Shown here: one piece after another, positions 1 through 8,007 of the stretch
How positions within the stretch are numbered: the first letter of the stretch is position 1
Layout: each line of letters begins with the position of its first letter
Source: Microaerobacter geothermalis
Lineage (GTDB): Bacteria; Bacillota; Bacilli; DSM-22679
Length of the DNA stretch: 32,000 nucleotides
Direction of reading: 5' to 3'
NCBI RefSeq assembly: GCF_021608135.1
Contig: NZ_JAKIHL010000001.1
Coordinates: forward strand, 321,744 to 353,743
The notes under the pieces: generated by a model
Seen by the model: only the letters and a program-made list of their open reading frames with translations
Told to the model about the DNA's origin: nothing
Databases searched by the model: none
Program-made: the position numbers and the translations under genes

Positions 1-239
1 CCGATATTTATTCTCCCGCGGGAGAAAAACAGATCGAAGGGGTATCGGCAAAACGCCTTGTGGAGTTGATTAGGGAAAAAAGTCATTCAGGGGCTCTATT
101 TATACCCACTAAAGAGGAAATATTACAGTTTCTAAAAGAAAAAGTCCAGCCCGGTGATATCGTTATCACGATGGGAGCAGGAGATATTTGGAAAGTGGCA
201 CACTCACTGGTTGACTCTTTGAAAATAATGGAGAAGTAA
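1..239 (+). CDS. murC: Mur ligase C-terminal fragment, most like UDP-N-acetylmuramate--L-alanine ligase MurC (5' end outside the window)
   Basis: Frame 3 is open from the window edge and reads DIYSPAGEKQIEGVSAKRLVELIREKSHSGALFIPTKEEILQFLKEKVQPGDIVITMGAGDIWKVAHSLVDSLKIMEK, stop TAA 237-239. The pattern IY.A.E..I.GVS ... PGD.V.TMGAGDI near the C-terminus is what I recall for MurC. Absent from the ORF track because the window edge truncates it. Confidence 0.6.
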   Translation, partial: DIYSPAGEKQIEGVSAKRLVELIREKSHSGALFIPTKEEILQFLKEKVQPGDIVITMGAGDIWKVAHSLVDSLKIMEK

Positions 240-277
240 TGGTGCACAAGAAATTAAAACAGAATCAGTTTCAGTGT

Positions 278-820
278 TCACCAATCTTGAAAAAAAGTAG
301 CTGCAGAAAATTGATAATTTCCTGAACTTGTTGTAAGTTCAATATTATATTTTATCCCCTTTTTCTGTATGCTGTCAGGGATATACTCCCAGCTAAAGAA
401 TGAAACATTTTTAGAGATAGACAAATAGTTTCCATCCCCAGGATCTATGGCAAAAGTATATTGAGGGAAAGGATCGTCGTTATCTGCAGTGTTGTCCCAA
501 TATATCCGTTTATTTCCTTCGCCGCTTTGAGACGGAAAAATAAGTTGAATAAAACCGGGATTTGGTCCAGGTTCATTCGGATTGCTGGACATAAAATTGC
601 TTTTTGAAGTATTTCTAGTTGCCCTAACTAGATGATCCAGTATGATCCGGGATTCCTCTTGGACCTTTTCCTTTTCAGTTATGGTAGTCCAGGAACTGCT
701 CACTTGATCCATAACAAGGAAAACTACCGAAAAAACAAGGGTTAAAAGGGCAACTGCTGCCAAGACTTCGACTAGGGTTATGCCATATTGGTTTTGGTAT
801 ATTTTATGATTCATAATCAA
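278..820 (-). CDS. Type IV minor pilin / pseudopilin (prepilin-type N-terminal cleavage-methylation domain)
   Basis: 180-aa ORF. N-terminus MIMNHKIYQNQYG|ITLVEVLAAVALLTLVF has a short polar leader, Gly at -1, Glu at +5 and a hydrophobic helix, i.e. a class III signal peptide. The 4-nt overlap (817-820) with the upstream ORF indicates a two-gene operon. Confidence 0.75.
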   Translation of the reverse strand: MIMNHKIYQNQYGITLVEVLAAVALLTLVFSVVFLVMDQVSSSWTTITEKEKVQEESRIILDHLVRATRNTSKSNFMSSNPNEPGPNPGFIQLIFPSQSGEGNKRIYWDNTADNDDPFPQYTFAIDPGDGNYLSISKNVSFFSWEYIPDSIQKKGIKYNIELTTSSGNYQFSAATFFQDW

Positions 821-1188
821 TTCACCCTTATGATTGAACGTAAAGTCACTAGATTTTGGCTGTCCCTGGTGGGATATACGGTAACTTCAACGATCCGGAG
901 AGACGAAAGGGTCACTCCTTTTTTTGTTCCATACGAAGTAATCACGGGGGGGTCAATGGTGAATTCGGGGTATTGGGCACGAATATCATCCAAGGAATAG
1001 GTGGGATAATTTTCTTTTATCTCTTCAGTGACCCATCTGGCAATTTGCACAGCCTGGGTCTTCTCTTCTTCCTTTTTTGAATTGGTATAGGAGCCAGTAA
1101 ACAACATGGAGACAGGAATTACAATAATGGCAAGTATGGTTATGGCTGCCAAGATTTCAATTAACGTGATTCCCTTTTCGTTGTTCAT
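817..1188 (-). CDS. Type IV minor pilin / pseudopilin (prepilin-type N-terminal cleavage-methylation domain)
   Basis: 123-aa ORF. N-terminus MNNEKG|ITLIEILAAITILAIIVIP is a canonical prepilin leader with Gly-1 and Glu+5. GGAGG-rich RBS (revcomp of 1194-1203) upstream. Divergent from the plus-strand pil genes. Confidence 0.8.
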   Translation of the reverse strand: MNNEKGITLIEILAAITILAIIVIPVSMLFTGSYTNSKKEEEKTQAVQIARWVTEEIKENYPTYSLDDIRAQYPEFTIDPPVITSYGTKKGVTLSSLRIVEVTVYPTRDSQNLVTLRSIIRVN

Positions 1189-1216
1189 ATTACTCTCTCC
1201 TCCCCTCCATAGATGC

Positions 1217-1402
1217 GGGACTAAAGATTTACACGCCCGTTAATCGAATTCGTCATAGAAGTGATATAAGTTGGCTTCGAGGCTAAAGAACGGTGCCCTC
1301 AAAAACACTTGGGTATTTCAACGATGGCGTCAGTTTGAGGGATAATTCCCGTTCTTTAGTCGCTCTGCTAAGGACGAAATTAAAGGCTGTCGTTAGTTCA
1401 GC
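1217..1402 (-). repeat. Copy A of a palindromic MITE-like intergenic repeat (inverted relative to copies B and C; distal arm degenerate with a deletion)
   Basis: GGGACTAAAGATTTACACGCCCG... at 1217. The core 1290-1356 (GAACGGTGCCCTCAAAAACACTTGGGTATTTCAACGATGGCGTCAGTTTGAGGGATAATTCCCGTTC) is the reverse complement of the copy B core at about 15121-15186, with few mismatches. The far arm (GGCTGTCGTTAGTTCAGC) matches the GGAACTAAAG...GGACAGCC arm but lacks about 13 nt. Confidence 0.7.
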
Positions 1403-1579
1403 TCATATCCTTTATCCGATGGTTAACTACCACATAGACTCTCACTTAATACTGAAATCGATCCTAACCCTAACTTAGCGGATTTCAGGAAAAAGAGCAA
1501 CAAGGATTATTTTCGGATACAAAATCGAAGATTTTCAGATAAAATAGATATGAACCAAAAAACAGGGTGAGGGGATTAT

Positions 1580-3409
1580 GTGATGACAGGAATCATAAAA
1601 AAAGAAGAAGGTTCTGCCTTAGTGTTGGTTCTCTTTCTAGTGGCTTTGCTAACTGTGTTTACCACACCTTTACTTCTCTCCACCTATGAAGGCTATCGTA
1701 ATACTTTGAAAACGGAACAAAGTGAACAAGCCCAGCAGTTGGCGGAAGCAGGAATAAATATGACTTTGTCTTATTTTAAAGAAAAATATGATCCCTTTAA
1801 TCCTATGCAAACATTGCTTGACGCTATCTCTTATGCCGATTCCGTGTCTGAACAGGAGCTAGGCTTTTCATTGGGAGATATTGAAGTAGCCATTGATACT
1901 GGAGTGAAAGAGATACGTTCTACTGGTCGGGTAAAGGATGAGGAAATCACTATAACGTTGAGTTATAACCCGCCCTTTCCACCGAATCTGGGGATATTTT
2001 CTTATCCCCTGGTTTTTGGAGATGTAAAAAATATATCAGATCTGGAAAGCTTTAAAGATGATGATGGAGTTCCTATTACCGAAGAACAAATTTTAGAATA
2101 TTATGCTGATTTTGAGAATGATTTCAACATTCTTGTTTCTCAGCTCCCAACAGGAGATGATATTGTCTATTCACAGGATTGGCCTGCCGGTTCACAGCTT
2201 CCGGAAGGATTATCCAGTTCGCTGGAACTCACCCTTTCCCCGGACAATACGCCTGACCCTGTTGCAGAACCGGAGAAATTTATCGATAATAACGGGGTTC
2301 TTACTTTGCTGGCAAAAACAGTGGAAATTGATACCGGAAATAACTATGGGAGTTCCTGGACTATCCCTTATCCTATTATTGCCACTGAATCTATAAAGAT
2401 AAATACAGATTTTAACAACGAAAAAGATCAATTAACCATTCAAGGATCACTCACTTCAATTGGATCATTTGAAATTAAAGATAAGTCAACATCCATTACG
2501 ATAGAAGGAAACGTACTTAGTTCTGGGGATATTAAGATAGGCAAAGAGGTTAAAGACTTAAGAATTGACGGTTTTTTGGTCAGCCGAAATGGTGATATGG
2601 TAATGAATCAAAAATTGGAGAAATTAAATGTGCTTGGGGATGTCATGGCATTGAAGAAGATCAGTGTTGGACAGGATTCAAAAATAATCAATATCGACGG
2701 GAAAATAGCCAGTGTGAACGACATGATTGATTTTAACCAAAAAATTGAGGATTTGCTCATTGAAGAAGATGTGATTGCTTATAAAAAAGTAAATATAGGA
2801 CAGGATTCATCGGACATTACAATAAATGGAAATCTCATCAGTGAAACCGATATGGTGGATATTCATTCAAAAATTGATGGCTTAACCATAGGAAAGAACG
2901 TGGTGGCGGAGAAAAAAATAAATATAGGTCAGGACGGTGGAAATTTTCAATTTAACGGAAATCTCATCAGTCAGTCAGGGGAAATCGATCTTAACCAAAA
3001 ATTAGAAAACGTTGTGATTGAAGGAGCCTTGGTTGCCGGTAATAAAGTGAATTTTGGTCAGGATATTCAACAGCTCACCATTAATGGGTCAGTGGCCAGT
3101 CTGAATAATTCAGTTGATTTTAATCAAAAATCCGTGGATATTAACATTAATGGAGATATCCTGGCTAAGAAAGAAATTACTTTTGACAAGAATTTGGAGC
3201 AGATAAGGATATTAGGCCGAGCCGTTTCATTAGAAAGCGTATCTTTCAGTCAAAACATTTCTGACTTTTCTCTGTGGGGAATCGCAGCCATGAATGAAAT
3301 TTCGGGAAATGACAGGTCGACGATTGTTTTAGATCTTGCAGAGGCTGCAGCAGCAGGAGGTTCAGGGGGTTCCAGCGAATTGAGTATTATCGGTTGGAAC
3401 ATTCAATGA
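1580..3409 (+). CDS. PilX-N-like (GspK-like, no Glu+5) pilus-associated protein with a C-terminal beta-helix/solenoid repeat domain; candidate tip-located minor pilin or adhesin
   Basis: 609-aa ORF with GTG 1580 or ATG 1583 after RBS GGTGAGGGG. N-terminus KKEEGSALVLVLFLVALLTVFTTPLL followed by AQQLAEAG resembles the PilX N-terminal domain (E.GSAL + hydrophobic helix, no Glu at +5). It sits first in the plus-strand pil operon, directly upstream of pilB. The C-terminal half is built of about 43-aa repeats. Confidence 0.65.
   Translation: MMTGIIKKEEGSALVLVLFLVALLTVFTTPLLLSTYEGYRNTLKTEQSEQAQQLAEAGINMTLSYFKEKYDPFNPMQTLLDAISYADSVSEQELGFSLGDIEVAIDTGVKEIRSTGRVKDEEITITLSYNPPFPPNLGIFSYPLVFGDVKNISDLESFKDDDGVPITEEQILEYYADFENDFNILVSQLPTGDDIVYSQDWPAGSQLPEGLSSSLELTLSPDNTPDPVAEPEKFIDNNGVLTLLAKTVEIDTGNNYGSSWTIPYPIIATESIKINTDFNNEKDQLTIQGSLTSIGSFEIKDKSTSITIEGNVLSSGDIKIGKEVKDLRIDGFLVSRNGDMVMNQKLEKLNVLGDVMALKKISVGQDSKIINIDGKIASVNDMIDFNQKIEDLLIEEDVIAYKKVNIGQDSSDITINGNLISETDMVDIHSKIDGLTIGKNVVAEKKINIGQDGGNFQFNGNLISQSGEIDLNQKLENVVIEGALVAGNKVNFGQDIQQLTINGSVASLNNSVDFNQKSVDININGDILAKKEITFDKNLEQIRILGRAVSLESVSFSQNISDFSLWGIAAMNEISGNDRSTIVLDLAEAAAAGGSGGSSELSIIGWNIQ
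2606..3259 (+). repeat. In-frame tandem repeats of about 129 nt (43 aa) inside the PilX-like gene, about 5 clear units plus degenerate units upstream
   Basis: Units start at NQK/SK (aa 343, 386, 430, 472, 515). Consensus is roughly NQK(L/I)E.L.I.G(D)V.A.KK(I/V)N(I/F)GQD.....ING.(L/I)(I/A)S....(I/V)DF. Exact 15-nt match GGAAATCTCATCAGT at 2828 and 2957 (129 nt apart). The alternating hydrophobic/Gly/Asn pattern is typical of beta-helical (bactofilin-like or solenoid) folds. Confidence 0.7.
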
Positions 3410-3460
3410 TGAATTAAGAGTTAGCGGAATGATCTTCAGCGAATAAGGGAGATGTCAGTC

Positions 3461-5110
3461 ATGACCAGAAGAAGAATTGGGGATATATTAGTTGAATCGG
3501 GGATCATTACGGATCAACAGTTGAAGCAGGCTCTTCAGGAACAGAAGGGAAGCGGGATGAAGCTGGGGGATCTTTTAATAGATCGAGGATATATTACTGA
3601 ACAGCAACTCATAGAAGTATTGGAATTTCAACTGGGAATTCCCCACGTCCAACTGCATCGCCAAAAGATAGACGATAAGATCATCAATATGATTCCTGAT
3701 AAAATAGCAAAAAAACATCGGGTACTTCCGCTTCGTCTAGAAAATAATAAATTAATTATTGCCATGTCCGATCCCCTAGACTACTATGCCATTGATGATG
3801 TCCGCATGAGTACGGGCTTTCAAGTGGAACCGGTTATTGCTTCCAAGGAAGAGTTAAATAGGGCTATTAATCGGTATTACAGTTTGCAAGAAACTTTAGA
3901 CGAAGTCATGCAGACGATTCCCAAAGAAATAGAGGAAACAGAAGCGACAAATGATAATGCTCCAATTGTCAGGATGGTGAATCAGATTATTTCCCAAGCG
4001 GTAAATATGGGTGCCAGCGACATTCATTTTGATCCACAGGAAAACAGCGTGAAAATAAGATACCGGATAGACGGAATATTAAGGACGGAAAGGGACTTGC
4101 CTGCCCATATGCTGGGTGTCATAACAGCAAGGCTTAAAATATTATCCAACTTGAACATCGCCGAACGCCGTTTACCCCAGGATGGCCGGTTCGAGATGGA
4201 AGTGGATTATCGAAAAGTAGATATTCGTATTTCTACCCTTCCCACAATACATGGGGAAAAAACAGTACTTCGTATATTGGATATGGCCAATGCGATCACC
4301 AATATAGAGAAGCTGGGACTATCTCAAAACAATTTGGCCTCTTTTAGAAAAATGATTTCTTCGGCTTATGGGATAATCCTGATTACCGGCCCCACCGGAA
4401 GCGGGAAAACCACCACCCTTTATGCAGCCCTTAGCTATTTAAATTCGGAACAGGTAAATATTATAACCGTTGAGGACCCGGTTGAGTACCAACTTCCGGG
4501 AATTAATCAGGTGCAGGTAAATACAACGACGGGACTTACCTTTGCCAGGGGACTTCGTTCTATTCTCCGTCAGGACCCCAATATTGTCATGGTCGGAGAA
4601 ATCCGGGATTTGGAAACGGCGGAAATCTCTGTTCGAGCCGCATTAACGGGCCATTTAGTATTAAGTACGTTGCATACCAACGATGCGGTCAGCACGTTAA
4701 ACCGTTTAATCGATATGGGAATTGAACCCTTTCTTGTCTCTTCATCCATTGCGGGCGTAGTGGCTCAGCGTTTGGTGCGACGTATTTGTCCCCAATGCAG
4801 GGACTCCTACCAACCCTCTTTTGAAGAACAAAATTTGCTGGAACAATATCAATTATCTGCCTCCAAATTGTATCGTGGTCAAGGATGTGGGAGTTGCAGC
4901 CAAACCGGGTACAGGGGCAGATTGGCTATCCATGAGGTGTTATCCTTGGATGAAAAGATGAGAGAGATGGTAATGACAAGGAAGTCAGATTCAGAGTACC
5001 GAAATTATGCCATGTCCATCGGCATGGTTCCAATGATCAAGGATGGTTTGATGAAGGCGGTTGAAGGATTAACCACCATTCAGGAAGTATTAAGGGTAAC
5101 CATTGAATGA
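3461..5110 (+). CDS. pilB: Type IV pilus assembly (extension) ATPase PilB, GspE family, with an N-terminal MshEN-type domain
   Basis: Walker A GPTGSGKTTT, Asp/His boxes, and tetracysteine motif CPQC...CGSC typical of PilB/GspE. N-terminal T2SSE_N-like domain. The track start ATG 3452 abuts the RBS AAGGGAG (3446-3452). In-frame ATG 3461 has about 9-nt spacing and is preferred. Confidence 0.9.
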   Translation: MTRRRIGDILVESGIITDQQLKQALQEQKGSGMKLGDLLIDRGYITEQQLIEVLEFQLGIPHVQLHRQKIDDKIINMIPDKIAKKHRVLPLRLENNKLIIAMSDPLDYYAIDDVRMSTGFQVEPVIASKEELNRAINRYYSLQETLDEVMQTIPKEIEETEATNDNAPIVRMVNQIISQAVNMGASDIHFDPQENSVKIRYRIDGILRTERDLPAHMLGVITARLKILSNLNIAERRLPQDGRFEMEVDYRKVDIRISTLPTIHGEKTVLRILDMANAITNIEKLGLSQNNLASFRKMISSAYGIILITGPTGSGKTTTLYAALSYLNSEQVNIITVEDPVEYQLPGINQVQVNTTTGLTFARGLRSILRQDPNIVMVGEIRDLETAEISVRAALTGHLVLSTLHTNDAVSTLNRLIDMGIEPFLVSSSIAGVVAQRLVRRICPQCRDSYQPSFEEQNLLEQYQLSASKLYRGQGCGSCSQTGYRGRLAIHEVLSLDEKMREMVMTRKSDSEYRNYAMSIGMVPMIKDGLMKAVEGLTTIQEVLRVTIE

Positions 5111-5123
5111 GGAGGAATCGAAA

Positions 5124-6161
5124 TTGGAAATTGAGCAGTTACTCCGTCTTGCCCATGAGCAGGGGGCTTCAGATTTGCACATTACGGTAGGTTCACCGCC
5201 TATTCTGAGAATTCATGGCCAATTAAAACCACTTCCTGGAGAGAAGCTAAAACCAAATGAAACGGCAGAAATAGCTAGACAGTTGATGACACAAGAACAA
5301 GATGAGCGATTCCGGGAAAAGGGTGAAGCAGATTTTTCCTATGGCATCCCTCAAGTTTCCCGTTTTAGAATTAATGTATACCGCCAAAGGGGTTGTGTCA
5401 GTTTAGCCATTCGGACCATCAACTCAAAGGTTCCCAGTATGGAGCAGTTGGGTCTACCTCCAATTGCCCGTGATTTTGCTGAAAAACCTCAGGGATTATT
5501 TTTGGTTACCGGACCAACCGGCAGCGGTAAATCTACGACATTGGCATCGATGATTGACTATATCAATCGTACGATGTATAAACATATCATTACCTTAGAA
5601 GATCCCATTGAATATTTGCATCTTCATCAGCGCTGTATTATAGACCAAAGGGAAGTGGGGCAGGATACGTTATCCTTTGCCAATGGCTTGCGTGCAGCCT
5701 TAAGACAGGACCCTGATGTTATTTTGGTCGGGGAGATGAGGGATCTGGAAACCATCGCCACTGCTATCAGTGCCGCCGAAACGGGACATCTGGTGTTTGC
5801 CACTTTACATACCTCTGATGCTCCTCAAACCATAGACAGAATCATTGATGTCTTTCCTCCGGCCCAGCAACAACAGGTTCGTATTCAATTGGCTGCGGTT
5901 TTACTGGGAGTAATGTCCCAACGGTTGATTCCTACGGCGGACGGAAACGGAAGAATGGCAGCCATTGAAGTACTGGTCAATACTCCAGCTGTAGCCAATC
6001 TGATCCGTTCAGAAAAGGTGCATCAAATAAAATCCATTATGCAGACAGGGATTCAGCAGGGAATGATTACGATGGAGCAATCGCTAAAACAGTTAATTCG
6101 TTCAGGACATATTACGGAATCAATGGCTAGGCAATACTCTGTCAACTTTGGTGATTTTTAA
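5124..6161 (+). CDS. pilT: Twitching-motility (retraction) ATPase PilT
   Basis: About 345 aa, Walker A GPTGSGKSTT, PilT-type motif AVANLIRSEKVHQI (AIRNLIRE-like). No N-terminal GspE extension. The track start TTG 5103 overlaps pilB. In-frame TTG 5124 lies 8 nt after a strong RBS GAGGAGG (5109-5115). It gives an N-terminus (MEIEQLLRLAHEQGASDLH) of the length I recall for PilT proteins. Confidence 0.88.
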   Translation: MEIEQLLRLAHEQGASDLHITVGSPPILRIHGQLKPLPGEKLKPNETAEIARQLMTQEQDERFREKGEADFSYGIPQVSRFRINVYRQRGCVSLAIRTINSKVPSMEQLGLPPIARDFAEKPQGLFLVTGPTGSGKSTTLASMIDYINRTMYKHIITLEDPIEYLHLHQRCIIDQREVGQDTLSFANGLRAALRQDPDVILVGEMRDLETIATAISAAETGHLVFATLHTSDAPQTIDRIIDVFPPAQQQQVRIQLAAVLLGVMSQRLIPTADGNGRMAAIEVLVNTPAVANLIRSEKVHQIKSIMQTGIQQGMITMEQSLKQLIRSGHITESMARQYSVNFGDF

Positions 6162-6191
6162 TTTTCTTCTGACCATATAGGAGGTGAAGGG

Positions 6192-7400
6192 ATGCCTGTC
6201 TTTCAATACAAAGCCACTTCCCGAACGGGACAGAAAAAAAAGGGGATGATTGAAACCAATAATCTTCAAGATGCATACCAACGGTTGAGGGAACAGGGAT
6301 TGTATGTCTCTTCCATTGCTCCTTATAAAGAATCCGTATGGAAAAAAGAGATAGAACTAGGAGGGAACAAGGTAAAATCCCAGCACTTTGTCGTGTTTTG
6401 CCGTCAATTTGCCACCTTGATCCGCGCGGGAATCGGAGTGGTAGATGCCGTAAAGGTGCTAAGCGAACAAACGGAGAGTAAGGTTTTAAAAAAGACCTTG
6501 GAAAGTGTGCTTGCGGAGATTCGTACAGGAACTCAGCTGTCTGCCGCTTGCATGGAACACCCTAAGGTCTTTTCTTCCATTTTTATCAATATGGTCCGGG
6601 CAGGGGAAGCCAGTGGGAACCTGGATGATGTGTTGGAAAAGCTGGCGTCCTTTTTTGAGAAAGAGCATGGGACAAGGGAAAAAATCAAATCGGCTTTAAC
6701 CTATCCCATTACAGTATCGATCATTGCAGTATTGGTTACAGGATTCCTTATGTGGAAGGTGGTTCCCCAGTTTGTGAGTACATTTGAAGGACTGGGGATT
6801 CAGTTGCCGCTGGTAACCCGGATCGTGATGGGAATCAGCAACAGCGTCATTGGATATTGGTATTTGTATCTTGCATTTCCCTTCTTCATCTTCTTTCTCA
6901 TCAAATGGTACGGGAAAACCGATAGCGGTAGGTATCGGTTGGATTACTTAAAATTGAAGATGCCTATTTTTGGAAAATTACTTCAAAAAACAGCAATGGC
7001 CCGTTTTTCAAGAACCTTTAGTTCCTTGTTTGCCGCTGCCGTGCCGATGTTACAAATTCTAAACATTGTTTCCAATGTGGTCGGAAATGAGGTGATCACC
7101 AGAACCATTGAAAAATCGAAAGAACATCTGCGAAGCGGGCAATCCCTAACCGGACCATTGAAAGAGAATTGGGTATTTCCTCCCATGGTGGTGCAAATGA
7201 TGGCAGTAGGGGAACAAACCGGAACATTAGACAGCATCCTGGAAAAAGTGGCGGATTTTTATGAGGCGGAAGTGGATGCGATGGCTGATCGGTTAAAGTC
7301 ACTGCTGGAGCCTTTGCTCATTGTGGTGATGGCCGGGATTGTCGGGATGATTGTATTGGCTATATTGCTTCCCACCTTTACGCTGTATAGCAACTTATAA
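6192..7400 (+). CDS. pilC: Type IV pilus inner-membrane platform protein PilC (GspF family)
   Basis: 402 aa with duplicated GspF-type domain architecture and three hydrophobic segments. RBS AGGAGGTG upstream. Position follows pilB-pilT. Confidence 0.88.
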   Translation: MPVFQYKATSRTGQKKKGMIETNNLQDAYQRLREQGLYVSSIAPYKESVWKKEIELGGNKVKSQHFVVFCRQFATLIRAGIGVVDAVKVLSEQTESKVLKKTLESVLAEIRTGTQLSAACMEHPKVFSSIFINMVRAGEASGNLDDVLEKLASFFEKEHGTREKIKSALTYPITVSIIAVLVTGFLMWKVVPQFVSTFEGLGIQLPLVTRIVMGISNSVIGYWYLYLAFPFFIFFLIKWYGKTDSGRYRLDYLKLKMPIFGKLLQKTAMARFSRTFSSLFAAAVPMLQILNIVSNVVGNEVITRTIEKSKEHLRSGQSLTGPLKENWVFPPMVVQMMAVGEQTGTLDSILEKVADFYEAEVDAMADRLKSLLEPLLIVVMAGIVGMIVLAILLPTFTLYSNL

Positions 7401-7448
7401 GAGGATGTTCAAAAAGATTAATATTATATGAAAATTATTTGAAAGGTG

Positions 7449-7477
7449 TATACAAGTTTCGGTAAAGTCTTTATAAT
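7449..7477 (+). promoter_or_regulatory. Candidate sigma-A promoter for the major pilin gene (TATACA-17 nt-TATAAT)
   Basis: -35-like TATACA 7449-7454, 17-nt spacer, consensus -10 TATAAT 7472-7477, in an AT-rich 148-bp spacer. A 5' UTR hairpin AGTACTAA(9 nt)TTAGTACT at 7506-7530 precedes the SD AAGGGAAGGGGG. Confidence 0.3.
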
Positions 7478-7548
7478 ATAGGTGTCATAACCAAAATAGG
7501 ACAAAAGTACTAATAGAGTGCTTTAGTACTAAGGGAAGGGGGAATTTT

Positions 7549-7962
7549 ATGAATTTTTTACGTAAAAAGGTAAATTTTTTAAGGAATCAGCGTGGGGTAA
7601 CTTTAATTGAATTACTGGCGGTCGTAGTGATTCTAGGCATTATTGCAGCAATTGCAGCTCCAAATATTATTGATAGTTTTGATGATGCAAAAGCGAATAC
7701 GGATGCTACCACAGAAGAGATTATAATAAATGCAGCAAAAAGATTAATAATGGACAATGATGGATTTAACGCTGTTGATGATGATCCTAATTTTGATGAA
7801 GATGCGGATAATAATCCTGCCAACACGCTAGTTATTAGTATGAACACATTGGTTACTAATGGCTATCTTGACGAGGTTCCAGAAAGTCAAGTAGATGGTA
7901 CAGCATATTCCAATATTACAGTTGTAAGAAGTGGTAATCAATATACTTATACTGTAAACTAA
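7549..7962 (+). CDS. pilA: Major type IV pilin (PilA-like prepilin)
   Basis: 137 aa. The leader MNFLRKKVNFLRNQRG|VTLIELLAVVVILGIIAAIAAPN has Gly-1, Glu+5 and a hydrophobic alpha1-N helix. It has its own promoter region and is followed by a terminator hairpin. Small acidic globular part. Triple stop TAATAATAA. Confidence 0.85.
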   Translation: MNFLRKKVNFLRNQRGVTLIELLAVVVILGIIAAIAAPNIIDSFDDAKANTDATTEEIIINAAKRLIMDNDGFNAVDDDPNFDEDADNNPANTLVISMNTLVTNGYLDEVPESQVDGTAYSNITVVRSGNQYTYTVN

Positions 7963-7966
7963 TAAT

Positions 7967-7995
7967 AAGGCAACCTCTTGGTTGCCTTTCTTTTT
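7967..7995 (+). terminator. Intrinsic terminator or attenuator between pilA and pilD
   Basis: AAGGCAACC (7967-7975), loop TCTT, GGTTGCCTT (7980-7988), then TCTTTTT. Perfect 9-bp GC-rich stem plus T-tract immediately after the pilin stop codons. Confidence 0.75.
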
Positions 7996-8007
7996 AAGGA
8001 GCATACT

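Noticed and set aside
788-1080. Plus-strand ORFs 788-1000 and 856-1080 opposite the minor pilin genes
   Set aside because: They are fully antisense to ORFs with clear prepilin signal peptides. They have no RBS and their products look compositionally random. Typical shadow ORFs.
1293-1478. 61-aa ORF in the divergent pil promoter region
   Set aside because: It lies within repeat copy A. The equivalent frames are not open or conserved in copies B and C, and there is no RBS.
2103-2431. Alternative-frame and antisense ORFs (2103-2396 plus, 2210-2431 minus) inside the PilX-like gene
   Set aside because: They are embedded in a much longer ORF with a recognisable N-terminal domain and in-frame repeats. 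No independent signals.
2606-3259. Regular ~129-nt periodicity considered as a possible CRISPR-like or satellite array
   Set aside because: The units are only about 60 percent identical with no repeat/spacer alternation. The period is a multiple of three and the frame stays open. This is a protein-level beta-helix repeat.
6486-7302. Antisense and out-of-frame ORFs within pilC (6486-6668, 6505-6699, 6983-7237, 7096-7302)
   Set aside because: Shadow ORFs inside a well-supported GspF-family gene.
7587-7847. 86-aa minus-strand ORF opposite the pilin gene
   Set aside because: It is antisense to a canonical prepilin. Its Ser/Ala-rich product reflects the complement of the pilin codons.
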